From Callorhinchus milii (Eukaryota), in contig NW_024704748.1 of NCBI RefSeq assembly GCF_018977255.1, positions 13,702,001-13,766,000 on the forward strand: 64,000 bases of DNA. Reading direction: 5' to 3'. This document shows positions 1 to 13,360 of this stretch, one piece after another. Under the pieces are notes generated by a model. That model ran no database searches, had not been told where the DNA came from, and was given only the letters and a program-made list of their open reading frames with translations. Position 1 is the stretch's first letter. Every line of letters starts with the position of its first letter. Position numbers and translations under genes: made by a program.

Positions 1-1504
1 GCCCTCTTAGTTTTAAAGTTCAAATATATTGCATCACTATACTTTTGCTGAGAACTTTATATAAAAAAAGTCAAAGCTTTATTTCTGAACCCAAGAGGAA
101 AGAAAGGAAAGAGAGAGTGAGTGAGAGAGAATGAATGAACTATCAGAATCAAATTACGATCAGATGCAAATCATGCCCAGGACATAAGCAATATTACATA
201 AAATGGTCAATATGTGCATTTTATATCGAACATTAAAACATCCAATTAGTGTACGTAATTAGCTATTTTAAAATGTAGTGACTTAATGTGCAACATGTCA
301 GCTGATCTGCATTAGCAATGTCCTGCAAACAGCAAAGAGATGATCATTATTGGGGGTGAAATTGAAATGAGCGAGGAATATTAACCAGGATGTCTGTAAG
401 CTCCCCGTTCTTCAAAAGAGTGCTATAAATGTTTTAACATCTACCTATCCCACCAGAACAGACAGTCAAGACCTTGATCCAAGGACAGAAAGCGCTGTAG
501 AAAAACAAAAGGTATGCTAAGTAAAAATGTTTCTAATCACAGAAAATGTCTAAAAAGTAAAATCCTCTCAGACTGATTCTATTTAACTGCTGTAGCTTCT
601 TCAAGTTGGTGCATGAAAGAACTCATTGCAACATGAAGTTAGTTAGCCCTCTCTTCCACTAACTGTTATTTATGAATGTGTTATAAATCAATATCTTGAT
701 AACAAGACTTATCTATGGAAGTTTTATATTTAAAGATTATCCTTTATAGTGGATATGTAATTGCATCTATAATTGACCTCTGGCACCGCTTACTGGACTT
801 GTGTCGTCCGGTGGTGATCCTTGTTAGGATGACATTCCAACTAAGATCAAGTTTCTGCTGGTACTTTGAAGTTGATCTTAGAAACATTTTGCTGTATTAA
901 AATACAGTAACACAGGCTTTTGCATGAGAGTTTGCCAAAAGGCAGGATGAGTGTCTATATGACAGTGACAAAGTTAGTTCACAGTTACATCATGATGGAA
1001 ATTAATACACCCAACAATCTTTTTTNAATATACAAAAAAGAACTAAAAAGATTAAGGAATATTTTTATCTTGTTGCAACACATTCAAGGGATTCAGAAGG
1101 TGATGTATTAGAAGGGCTCAGAGTCTGTCACATTGGAAAAGCTTGAATGGTTTGTAAACCCCAAATTTGTATTATAGCTATAAAAACACTTATTTTAAAA
1201 TAAATAATTTTACAAATAATTCCCATACCATTAGTATTATAGATGTGAATTTTTCAGACCTTATTACTGATGTTACCAATCCAGAGGTCTGAAATCATTG
1301 TTATCAAATTAAGATTGCGCATATTATTTTGAAAAATTCAGTTTTAGTATGGAAGCTGGGTTTCAGAATTGCTGAAAGCTCACTCATACATTAAGACTCA
1401 ATCAAATAATTTTCTAAAATTCTGCACTTATATTTTAAGGAAATGGGCTAAACCATGAGAAATTTTGAGCCTCAAGAAACACATAAATTATCAGCGCAGG
1501 AAGA

Positions 1505-2362
1505 GGCCTCTTTAATATCTATATGCTCCCCTTGATGACATCATCCACAGACATGGGGTCAACTTCCACATGTATGCGGATGACACCCAACTCTATCTTT
1601 CTGCCTCCACCCTCAACTCCAGGACCACCGTTGTCCTGACATCAAGTCCTGGATGAGGACAAGTTGTGAACAAGACTGAGGCTCTCCTGATTGGCTCGCG
1701 CCAGCGCCTCAGCATCTCAGGCTCTGGCAGCATCAACCTCCATGGTTGCACACTTCAACTCACCAAGCCAGTCAGGAACCTAGGAGTCTTGTTCAATCCT
1801 CAACTGTCTTTTCTCCCCCACATTCAAGCCATGACCCTCTCTGCCTTCCCTCACCTCTGTAACATCGCCCGACTTTGCCACTACCTCACCTCTCAGGCCG
1901 CTGAAACTCTTGTTCATGCCTTCATCACCTCCAGGCTCAACTATGCAAATGCCCTGCTTGTCGGCCTTCCCAACTCCTCCCTCCACAGGCTGCAGATAAT
2001 CCAGAACTCTGCAGCCCGTGTCCTCTCCCGCACCAAACACCGTGGCTCATCTCCCCTACTCTCGCCTGACTCCATTGGCTCCCTCTCCTTCAGAGGATCC
2101 AGTTCAAGATTCTGGTCCTCACATACAAAGCCCTCCATGGCCTCGCCCCACCTTACCTCTGCGACTTCCTAACCCCCTACCAACCCGCCCGTTCCCTCCG
2201 CTCCTCCTTCAAGTCCCGCCTCAAGACCCTCCTCTTCGAACATGCCATTGGCCACCCCCATTCCCCTCCCCCCAGCTTGGGTCTGAAATGCGGCACTCTA
2301 TCCAGCGACTTGAGACATCCTCCCGATGTGAAAGGCACTATACAAATGTAATCTTGTTGTTG
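1505..2362 (+). mobile_element. L2-clade LINE, 5'-truncated, internally deleted RT/3' fragment
   Basis: Decayed ORF2 with [18 protein letters not shown] and [20 protein letters not shown]; tail ...gtgaaaggcactatacaaatgtaatcttgttgttg. Confidence 0.9.
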
Positions 2363-3591
2363 AGGCCATTCAACCCAGCATGTCTGTGCTACTGCTGCCC
2401 ATTTTTTTAAGTCACTTATTTTTAATTTGATAACAATCTCTATTCTGCATTACTGTTGGTGTGATAAGACTAGTCACACCTGTGGAATCAAACAAAATTG
2501 GTTTCCTTAAACAAAATGCTTAAATATAACCCCAGAGTTGGAAATCAAGCCTACCTTATTTCACCAACTGAAACACCAGTAATTTCCAATGGTCTACCCT
2601 CATCCGGATTACTTTTTCCACAATGGAAAGCTGACATGTTTTGTGAAATAGACCACTTGTCTTATTTTTCAACTGCAGCTACGAGCAACAAATTGTTTCA
2701 CACGTGTAATTTTTGGTCGGGATTTTGAACAAAAAGAAATGAAATGCTGATGATGTAACCATTATATTGATTATTAGTTTAAATATGAATGTATTTTTGC
2801 TTATTTCTGAGAATACTAAAGTTCATCTTTTAACCTTGTGCTGGATTAAACAGCATGTTTTTTTGGTTCCAGTAGAAAAGAAAATATGTTAATTGTTAGC
2901 TGTTTCTAATAGAAATTTTCTATATAAAACATTTTTCATATATAAAATGTAAACAGATGTCTGAATCTCACTACAGATGTTGAGATTCAGCTTCTGTTTA
3001 GCCACCAGCTGTGAATAGCAAAAGCCACAGGAACAAAAAAATCTAAATCATTGTTTCAAGGTGTGTAAAGAGGTTAGGGGAAGCTGGAAGCAGGAAAGAC
3101 AGAAACAAATATCATAGTTTCAGAAATTCTGTGACAGCTGCTACTCAAAGCACAGAAGAACGAGTTCAAAGCTTTTAAAAAATCAGAACATTTTCTTTGT
3201 ACAGATTATGAGGCTAAACTAAGTATTCACTAACTAAGAGCAGAATTTGGTTCTAAACTTACTGTACATTATCAATGATGTGTAAGTATTAAAACATAGG
3301 GAGAGAGCTGCAAATTAGTAGCATATAATATGTTACTGCTAAATGTGGGGAATCTGCAGTCCTCTGTTGTGAATAATATTACCAGGGTTTTCAGAAATAT
3401 TTTATGTTCAACATTGCATTAATTTTTGAAACCAACATAATCTTTAATGTTGCAAGCCATGATTGAGCAAGGGGTAAGATACCTGATCTCAAGTGTTGGC
3501 AGATGATGATCTGTAACCTACAATTATAAGAAACTCGATAATGTGTATTGTCTTAGATTTCCTGCATCTCGACTCCCTCCTTCCCCCAGGA

Positions 3592-4740
3592 TACATAACA
3601 TAACATGTAGGAGCAGGACTAGGCCATTCGGCCCTTCAAGCCTGCCCCGCCATTCAATCATGGCTGATCTTCTAATCTAACTCCAGCTAATAACATAACC
3701 CTGCCTTATCCCCGTATCCCTTAATCCCTTTTGCAAAAAGAAATATATCTAACTCAGTCTTGAATATGTTTAAGGACTGAGCTTCAACAGCCCTTTGGGG
3801 TAGTGAGTTCCATACATTCATCCCCCTTTGAGCGAAGAAGTTCTTCCTCAACTCAGTGCGAGAGGGCTGGGCTCTGATTTTAAGGTTGTGATCCCTGGTT
3901 TTAGTTTCTCCAACCAGGGGAAACAATCTCCCACTATCTACTCTCTCATGCCCTTTGATGATCTTATAGGTTTCTATAAGATCCCCTCTAATTCTTCTAT
4001 ATTCTAGAGAATATAGGCCCAAATTGGTCAGCCTATCCTCGTAACTCATCCCCTTCATCCCTGGTACTAACCTAGTAAATCTACGCTGCACCCCCTCCAA
4101 GGCAAGTACATCCTTCCTTAAATAAGGAGACTAAAACTGCACACAGTATTCCAGGTGTGGTCTCACCAGGGCCCTATACAGTTGCAGCAAGACTTCCCTA
4201 CTCTTATACTCTAATCCTTTCAGAATGAATGCTAACATACCGTTTGCCTTCCTAATTGCTCGCTGCACCTGCAGACTAACTTTCTGTGATTGGTGTAAAG
4301 AACACCCAAGTTCCTCTGGACACTAATACATTCCAATCTTTCCCCTTCTAAAAAATAACCCGCTCTACTGTTTTTGCTACCTAGGTGGATGACTTCACAC
4401 TTCCCTACATTATACTTCATCTGCCACCTACCTGTCCAATCACCTAACCTATCTCGCTGCATTTTTTTAATGTCGTCCTCTGTGTTGACACTTCCTCCTA
4501 GTTTTGTGTCATCCGCGAATTTAGATATATTAACTTTGATGTCCTCATCTAGATCGTTGATGTAGATGGTAAATAGCTGAGGCCCAAGAACTGATCCTTG
4601 TGGCACTCCACTAGTCACATCCCGCCAATCTGAAAAGGACCCGTTTATCCCTACTCTTTGTTTCGTATCCGTTAACCATTCCCCAATCCACGTTAATATG
4701 CTCCCCCCAATTCCGTGGGCCCCTATCTTTTGGACTAACT
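3592..4740 (-). mobile_element. CR1-clade LINE, 5'-truncated RT/3' end
   Basis: Minus-strand ORFs with [45 protein letters not shown] and RGDLIETYKI; CR1-type tail (gaatggcctagtcctgctcct...tatgttatgt). Confidence 0.92.
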
Positions 4741-5589
4741 ACAAGTAATATTTGGAGGCTGATATTCAGAGCTATTTTCTTCTCTCAGTGGACTTTTTCC
4801 ACTGAGTACTTTACTCAAGATCATAGTGAATTATTTTCCAAATGCAAAACACAAACCATTATATAGATTTTATTAATTTGTGTTGAATCTCTCGAATTTC
4901 ATTATTGTGTTCAGTATTTTGGGGATGTCAAGAAGTGGCCCGACAAACACCCACACCAGTCCAGGCAAAAACAATACTTTGTTCCCAATAGCTAACAAGC
5001 CGTGCTACCCATGGTGCAGCCATAAATGAAGAAATATTAAAATAAAGAAAAATGTATTTGGGTATTTATTAATTAAAAATTTATTTGCCACCACTGGCTT
5101 ACACCTATGACAAGGATGGTAACCATTTCAAATTGGCTTCCGTGACAAGAAAGGTTTGTGATAATCTCTTTACACTTCCATTGAAGGCATCTTTTCCATC
5201 TTTTCCATTGAGATTAGTCAACATTCAGTTACATTTCTCATAACCATTCAAAATTCACTTATTAGACATATGTATGATTTTATTTGCTGGATAAGATTGC
5301 TAGTACTAAACACAGTGGATTAGAATATTCAACATTTTTTTCTCAGAATTGTAAAGACTCTAAAATATCTGAAGGTTTCAGACAGATTAATGAACCATTA
5401 AAGTGGTTTATAACATCAGATCAAAACTTAGCACTGATCTGCCTCCTAGATATCTTATCTTTTTCATTTGGTGAGCCAGGTGTCTGACACATGCGGAAAT
5501 TTTACCAAGTTTAAGAGTATCTAAACCAAGCTGAGATTTCCATGCATCCCACATACAAATGGGAATCCCAAAGATAGATTGTTGAACTA

Positions 5590-5700
5590 ACGAAACATCA
5601 TCGAGCTGAAACATCAACTCACTTTCCTCTCTCCGTAGATGCTGCCTGACTCTCTGAGTGTTCCCAGTGACTTCTGTTTTTATTTCAGATTTCCAGCAAC
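5590..5700 (+). mobile_element. Short dispersed repeat resembling Penelope-like 3' ends of cartilaginous fishes
   Basis: ctgaaacatcaactc...tccgtagatgctgcctgactctctgagtgttcccagtgacttctgtttttatttcagatttccagca; recognised by resemblance only. Confidence 0.45.
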
Positions 5701-7479
5701 TTATTTTGGCTTTTTTTTAATTAGGCGCAGGTTGGCAAGAGCCAAAGGTTGGGGACCTCAGAGTGTGTGTTGGGGTACTGCTGGAGTCTAACCAGCTAAA
5801 ACCGCACAGCTTGACATTGATATTGCTGTCTGGCAAGCTTCCCCACTGCTTGTCCCGCAAGGAACACCCGATTCATCAGGGCTTTGGCTTGCAGGGTTAA
5901 CAGGAGCTGCGTGGGATGATTCCCTGCCTCCATTGACTGGTCTGTTGTTCCAGGTCCTACTGATGAGCTAGGCTGGCGATGCTATCATCAGCAATGCTCT
6001 GGAATACTGCAAACCCACCTGGCTCAGGAACCGGATGACAGAGCGCCATAGAGCGCTGGCTCAATTCCGATAAAATTGCCAAGTATGTCACCGTGGAGCC
6101 AGCAACTCCAAGGAGACCCTGCTTACCTCCCCCCTCCAAGGAGTAGAGTTTTTCATTCAAACTACTTCTGCTTAGATTTCAGTCATTTCTTGGATATCTA
6201 CATGTTGTCATATATGGTGGCTGTAAGCTTGCTTTGTGCCCTTAATACATTACACACAAATTCACCCACAAATACAGTCAATTCATTTCGCAGTATATTC
6301 TGTGAAGCACTTTGAGATGTCTCGAACACCTGATAAGGTACTATATCAAATGCAAGGATTATCAATATCACAAAAAATCACAAAAGAACACTAAATCAGT
6401 TTTATTGGAAGGTAGCTATATTTCTCGTTCTAGGTTCAGACAAACCGTCAATATTTTACTTACTAGTTTCAGACGGTAGCTTGAATAACCTAAAGGCCTT
6501 CACATACTTCATTCTGCTTTCCTTCAAATATAACACATCTGATGTTTTCTCATTTTTGTTGTGTAATGCTTATAGCGTATTTTCAGGGCTTCCTGTTAAA
6601 GTATTTCCTGCCACAGTCCTTGAAAATCACAATACAGGGCCATAATGAAAATACAAGGTCAGTAGTTTATAATCTATTTTGTTGTTCAGAAGCAATGCAA
6701 CAATGATGTTCTGAAAAATGCTGTTGCAAATATTTTCACAATTTATTTGAAGTTTGATTGCAGGCTGTATCTTGAATTACAACAGAAATAATAATGTTGT
6801 AAATTCAGGTTTGCATTAGAAAATTACAGATCACGTGAAAATACAAAACAGAAAATAGAGCTTAAAATAACTTAAACTGTAAAGAAATAATGAAATAAAC
6901 AATGTAGAAAATATAACAATTTGCAACTTCATAACATGCATCTGTATTGGCACTGGATAGACTTAAAAGAAACACACAAAGATAAATGAGAGCAAAAAAC
7001 AGTCTAATGATTTCAAGGACTTATTACACCTGTTATGTTTATATACTTCACAGATGTAATGAGAGAACCAGTGAACCATTAGGATACCGGATTTTTTTGG
7101 AAGACCATTGTTAGTTATGTTGTGGTCAGCAGGTGCTTTTACATTTTATTGTACTGGAGACATCTGTTTATGATGGTGCGCTGAAATGAAAAAACATTTT
7201 TTAAATATATTAGAGAAAAATAGGAGACATTTAAAGGGTGGTCCAAACTTTTTTGCTGCCACGTACTGGTTTCAATTTATAATAAATCTAAAATATGTAA
7301 TGAGGTTTTGGTGAATTATTCTGCTAAAATCTTTGTTCAATATTATATCTGCAGGAATCAACTCCAGGAAATTGACCAAGCTTTAATTAAAGCAGTTGAT
7401 ATTGTCCCAAATTATAATACAGTCAACCTCTGATTCTAGCTGATGCTGCAAAGCACATTCGGATAACAGCTGTGGCTAA

Positions 7480-7498
7480 CACTGCCCTCTGCAGGTCA
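7480..7498 (-). promoter_or_regulatory. Candidate CTCF site
   Basis: Minus strand TGACCTGCAGAGGGCAGTG closely fits the CTCF core (TGGCCACCAGGGGGCGCTA-like). Confidence 0.5.
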
Positions 7499-8065
7499 AT
7501 AAATCATACATACAGCACTTTTTAAACAATATCACAATTGAATTCTTCTGAACTAACCGTTCAAATTATTTTTCAGTCTCTGATATGCCCAATATTTATC
7601 TTCTAATGAATTTAAGATTTGATACATTTCATTGGGCATCATCTTCTAAAAGAATTACTGGAATATAACAAATTGGAAAATAAGATTTAAGAAGAAACCA
7701 GTGACTAAATTTGCTCTCCTTAAATTGTGCAACGCAAAGCTGACTATTTTTTCCGAGTAGTGACACTGGGATTACTTTGACCTTATTACTTTGAGGTGTT
7801 GTTTTCCAATAAACAAAACAAAAATAATAGATAATTCATGTAAAGACCCAAAGTGCATTCGGAATCCTTGGTTGATCGTGGGTGAGACTGAGCAATTGTT
7901 TTGATTTTGATCTGCACAATGTTTATGTTCTGGAAATTGTGGGAGTTATTGTTTCAATGAGTTTTGTATTGCTGAGTGAAAGAAAACAACTTATTTTCAT
8001 TTTAGTGACATTCTTCTAATGCAGCATGTGCAAACTGGAAAGTAACAAAATTGAAAATGCAATCT

Positions 8066-8392
8066 TGGAGTCCTGTGGCTCAGTGGAGTCCTGTAGCTCA
8101 GTGGTTAAAGCACTCGCTTTGCAAGCGAGAGACCCGAGTTCAATTCCAGGCAGGGCGAAACCTTGGGCAAGTTTCCTTACTCCACACGCCTAATAATAAT
8201 CCCTCCAAAACAATAATAAATTGGTCATTTTCAATCTACGACTGTTTGTGGGACATTGCTGTGCGCAATTGGCTGCCGTGTTCGCCCACAAATATACAGT
8301 CAATTCACTTTACAGTGTGTTCTGTGAAGCGCTTTGGGATGTCCTTCCGACGTGAAAAGTGCTATATCAAATGCAAGGATTATTATTATTAT
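8066..8392 (+). mobile_element. Full-length tRNA-Ala-derived SINE with L2-like tail
   Basis: A box tagctcagtgg, anticodon arm ctcgc-tttgcaa-gcgag (TGC), B-box-like gagttcaattcc, tail gcgctttgggatgtcc...atcaaatgcaagg(att)n; near-identical copies at 50182 and 59484. Confidence 0.9.
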
Positions 8393-8404
8393 TGATTGTA
8401 TTGC

Positions 8405-8790
8405 AATCCTGGCTCAGTTGGTAGCACTCTTGTTTCAGAGTCAAATCCCACATCAGGACTTAACTCATAGCCTAATTGACATTCTAATTCAGTGTGGGAA
8501 CGTTACACTGTCAGAGGGTGACATCCTTTGGACGAGTCATTGAACAAAAGTCTCATCTGCTAGTTCATTAAAGATCCATGGCACTATTTGAAAAGAGGAG
8601 TTTCTCCCAGTGTATTGGAAAACAATCCTCCAATGTCATGCACATTGTTATTGTTGATTGTGGGATATTGCTGTGTGCAAAATTGGCTGCAGCATTCACC
8701 TACAAACACACAGCAATACTTCACAGCAAATCCTGTGAAATACTTGGAAATGTTTTGACGATAAGATACCACATAAAATACAATGATGAT
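8405..8790 (+). mobile_element. Old Deu-domain SINE (SacSINE1/AmnSINE1-like)
   Basis: tggctcagttggtagcactctt head; Deu-like core gatccatggcactatttgaaaagaggagtttctcccagtgt. Confidence 0.65.
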
Positions 8791-9719
8791 TATGAATTTA
8801 TGAATTATGTTTCAAAACCCAGACTGGTAAACATATAAAAACTTACATTATTTGTCAGCAATCCTACATCACCAGTTTAGAAGCAGAACTGATTTCAAAG
8901 TACCACACTGACCACACAAAATATATTATTTGGTATTTTAATATAATAAATAATAATCCTTGCATTTGATATAGCACTTTATCGCATCATGAAGCCATCT
9001 GAAAGCGCTTCACAGAATATTTGTAATCACCAGAAAAGATGGCTTCTAAAACAAGAAAACCCAATCAACAGATACTAATATTTACATGAGATTTTTGTCA
9101 GTTTATGTGAATAAATACTGCAGTAGAACATATCTCTAGGAGCTTATTGGCGCACTTGTTTGAAATGATTGTGGACTTCAGATGTATTCCTTTATGTAGG
9201 TTTTGTCTTAGCTTTGTAAACCCGAGCGTAAAATAGTCTGATTTTAAATTGGAAGTGTATACTTGTGAGCTTGGATTTAATTTTGCACGCATTAGTGAAA
9301 GCAGCACGGGGGACTAACAGCAGACATATAAATTCGGTCTGCTTCAACAAAGTTGGACCTCAGAACATGATTTTTAAGATTTAATTGGGCACAAGAGATT
9401 TACTGTAAACAAGCAATAAAATGATTATAGTATGATTAACTTCTCTGAATGGAAATCCATTAAAGTAACTGGGAAATATGCTTGTAAGTGGGGAAGATGG
9501 TAAAAAGTTGCAATTTGTAAAATAAATTGCTGCCACTGCTCAAGATCTATTTTTAGTGATTGGGAGCAATCCCCATATGTCGTGGAGAGAAATCCAGACT
9601 CATCTCTGCAGTTTAGTATTCTGCACAATTCCTACAAGCTCAAGCTGAACTGTATGTATCAAGATTTTTCTGAATCAGATGGAGCCAGTTGCTCTTTATG
9701 GCAAGACTATGTCTAGATG

Positions 9720-11595
9720 TCTAGATCTGGCTGGACCTCCTCAAAATCTACTGCTCCACTCTAGCCTCGGCCAAATCATCCTTCTACTCCAGGATAATCC
9801 TGGAGGTGAAGGACAACCCCAGGCTACTGTTCTCTACCACATCCCAACTCCTCCGTTCCCCCCGCCACCCCGCGCAGGTCATCTCCTCCAACCTTCACTG
9901 CGAGGAGATGCTGGATTTCCTTGAATCCCAAATCAAGGGAATTCGCTCCGCGGTCACTTCCCCTCCAACATCCACCCACCCCTTCCCTCCCACACTCCGA
10001 CTCCTACCCATCCTCCCCTACACACTTTCGTACCCGTTTCCCCACCCTCTGTCACCAAACTCATCCTATCCCTGAAACCCACCACCTGCTCCCTTGACCC
10101 CATCCCCACTCCACTCCTTATCTCCCAGCTCCACCTCCTTGCCCCACATATCACAGACATCGTCAACCTGTCCCTCTCCTCTGGTTCTGTTCCCATTCCC
10201 TTAAAAACTGCCACCATCACTCCCACCTTGAAAAAACCCTCCCTTGATGGGTCGCAGCTATCAAGCTACCGGCCCATCTCCAACCTCCCCTTCCTGTCCA
10301 AGGTCCTGGAACGAGTTGTCGCCTCCCAGCTGCGCTCTTTCCTCTCCAACCATTCATTACTCGAACCCCTTCAGTCGGGTTTCCGTGCTGCCCATAGCAC
10401 AGAAACTGCCCTGGTCAAGGTCACCAATGACATCCTGACCATCTGTGACCAGGGCTCCCTCTGCCTCCTTGTCCTCCTCGACCTATCGGCAGCATTCGAT
10501 ACGGTCGACCACGCTATCCTCCTCCACCGCTTGTCCTCCCACCTAAACCTTCAAGACCCTGTCCTTGAGTGGTTTAGGTCGTACCTCTCCCATCGTCTTC
10601 ACTTTGTCTCCACTAATGGTTTTTCCTCCGGCCCCCACACTGTCTCGTGCAGTGTCCCTCAGGGCTCTGTCCTCGGTCCCCTCCTCTTCACCCTCTACAT
10701 GCTCCCCTTTGGTGACATCATCCGCAGACATGGGGTTAACTTCCACATGTATGCGGATGACACCCAACTCTACCTTTCCTCCTCTACCCTCAACTCCACG
10801 ACCACCGATGTCCTGACAGCCTGCCTGTCCGACATCGAGTCCTGGACGAGAGATAACTTTCTCCAGCTCAACGTGCGCAAAACTGAGGCCCTCCTGATTG
10901 GCTCGCGTCAGCGCCTCCGCACCTCAGGCGTTGACAGCATCAGCATCCAAGGCTGCACTCTCCACCTCTCAAAGCCGGTCAGGAACCTCGGTGTTCTGTT
11001 CGACCCTGAGCTGTCCTTTCTCCCTCATATCCGTGCCACAACTGGCACCGCCTTCCATCACCTCCAGAACGTCGCCAGACTACGGCACTACCTCACCCCT
11101 CACACTGCTGAAACCCTGGTCCACGCCTTTGTCACCTCCACTGGCTCCCCATCCCCCAGAGGATCGAATTCAAGATCCTCATCCTCACCTGCAAGGCCAT
11201 TCACGGCCTCGCTCCCTCCTACCTCTCCGACCTACTATCCCCCTACCTACCTGCCCGTACACTCTGGCTCAGGTCTGCTCCACATCCCCCGCTCCAACCG
11301 CCCTACAATCGGTGGCTGGGCCTTCAGCCTCTCAGCCCTTAGGCTCTGGAACTCTATCCCCCAGTGCCTTCGCCGCCTCCTCCCTTTCCTCCTTCAAGGC
11401 CGGTCTCAAGACCTTTCTCTTTAACCGTGCCTTCAGCTCTCCTCTCGACTCTCTACTCCCTCCTCGCTCCCTCCCTTCCCTCCCCTCACCCTGACCATTT
11501 CCCCCCTGTTCGGGTCCTGACCCAACTGTACAGTGCCTTGGGACGTCCTCCCGCAGTGAAAGGCACTCAATAAATGGAATCTTGTTGTTGTTGTA
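9720..11595 (+). mobile_element. L2-clade LINE, 5'-truncated, RT domain largely open (ORF 10228-11424)
   Basis: [51 protein letters not shown] and YADDTQLY motifs; tail ...aataaatggaatc(ttg)n. Confidence 0.95.
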
Positions 11596-12939
11596 GAAGA
11601 TCAACCCTTTTTTTGTGAAAGCTTTTCGTCTTAAGATTCATTTCTGATGTTCTTTTTTTCTCCATCCTGGCACGGTTCATCAATGCACTGTTGAAGTGGA
11701 CAACTCAGACAAGAGGTCTATGTATTTGATACTTGGTCTGTTAGAATTAACCAGTCACACAATTCATTTTGGTGTCCTTGGATGAAGAAAACAATTGGCC
11801 AAAGTGAGCTGGTGGTAACCCTTACTGGAAATGATTGGATGAAGAACAGGCTGGATTTAGCTGACTCCCATGAAAAAAATTAGCCCTTTGACTCTTGCTG
11901 TTCATACCTTCTGTACAGGTAATCAATCTGAAATGTTGGGTCACCAAGATAGAAAAATACGGCAACAAAATAAATCTTTAAATATCTGAACATTTCTGTT
12001 ACCTGTTGAAGAAAGTTAGCTTTAAATGTGGAGACTTGTGGAGGAATGAATCATTTGTTTTTGCCTGAGTACTTTTTTGTGTACAACACACACACATAAT
12101 CCTATGCCAATCAAGATAGATATGGAAACCCACCTATAAATACTGTATCCTCATTTTATTCAATGAGCTGGGATATGGCATCATGAATCAGATTCCCCAA
12201 ATAGCAACAATTAGAATACCAAAAAAACGAGCAGGATTATTTAGAGATATCCAGGCACCTAGACCTTCCACATAGGAGAACAATTGTTGCATCAATAGCC
12301 AGACAATTTAAGTTTAAAAATAATATTTTGTTCTTTTCACTGAAGTTTTTTTTGCAAGTTTATTTTATTCTATGTAGATCAGTATGCACATTTTTGCTAA
12401 GTGATGTGCCAGTTCTGTAGAATTGTGATAGAAGCAATAAGCATCACTTTGTTTCAAAATGCAATTATCCTATACTCTTGTTTCTTTTAGTATAAAAATG
12501 AACTGTGTCACAATTTAAAATCAATGAAATTTCTTTGTTTAGTTTCCTTTTTTTAAAAGTTGATTTGTAATCCGTAAAAAATAATGTAAAGGCTCTAGTT
12601 CAAAGGTCAACAACACAATTTAAATCATACAATTATCTTGAAGGTCCAGGTTCAATACCAGATCTGTGCTGAGATAGAAGATAGCCAGGGTGGCAGTAAA
12701 GGTGGTACAATGAATTATTCTTAGCACCCCATGGTTCATCAGCAGGTAGGAAATCTTCCAGGATTAGAAGTAGAATGAGTAGGAATGTTTAAAAGAGATA
12801 GTACAAATGTTAAGGAGTATGGCAAAATGGCAGACAATCAGATCTGTCAATCTAATAAACAAGTTTGATAAGCTGAAATACCTCCTCCTGATTCGGTTAG
12901 TATTCAGCCAAGTAGAAATGCATGCAAATGTGTTAGCCT

Positions 12940-13360
12940 GACTCAGTGATAGATAGCACTCTTGCCTCTGAGTCAGATGGTTGTGGGACTTGGAATCACA
13001 TAGCCTGAGGTGGCACTGCAATACTGGGGGGAGAGTGGGTTGCATTACTGTAGGCGCTGTCGTTCGGATGAGTTGTGTTAAACCAAAGTTCCGTCTGCCT
13101 GTTCAGATGGACATTGAAGATCTCATGGCACTATTCGAAAAGAGAAGGGAGTTTCTCCCAGTGTACTGGCCAACAAATCCCCCTAATAAAATTGGTCCCT
13201 CACTCCATGGCTATTCGCAGGACTTTGCTGTATGCAAACTCGCTGCGGCATTTTGCCCACAAAATAGTCAATCCTTTCTACAATATATCCTGTGAAGTAC
13301 TTTGAGACATCTTGACCGTGAGATGAGACATTATATTAAATGCAAGGATTATTATTATTA
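12940..13360 (+). mobile_element. Deu-domain SINE (SacSINE1/AmnSINE1-like) with L2-type tail
   Basis: gcactcttgcctctgagtcaga head; ttcggatgag...ttaaacc...gtctgcctgttcagatggac...atggcactattcgaa core; aaatgcaagg(att)n tail. Confidence 0.75.

Noticed and set aside
8084-8156. tRNA-Ala gene
   Set aside because: It is a SINE head: no proper acceptor stem, and it continues into the SINE body in multiple copies
10228-11424. 398-aa ORF as a host gene
   Set aside because: It is the reverse transcriptase of a 5'-truncated, internally deleted L2 LINE
11600-11650. Penelope-type hammerhead ribozyme remnant on - (...atgaatcttaagacgaaaagc)
   Set aside because: The CUGAUGA core is not intact; other ctgatga occurrences checked lack a following stem and GAAA
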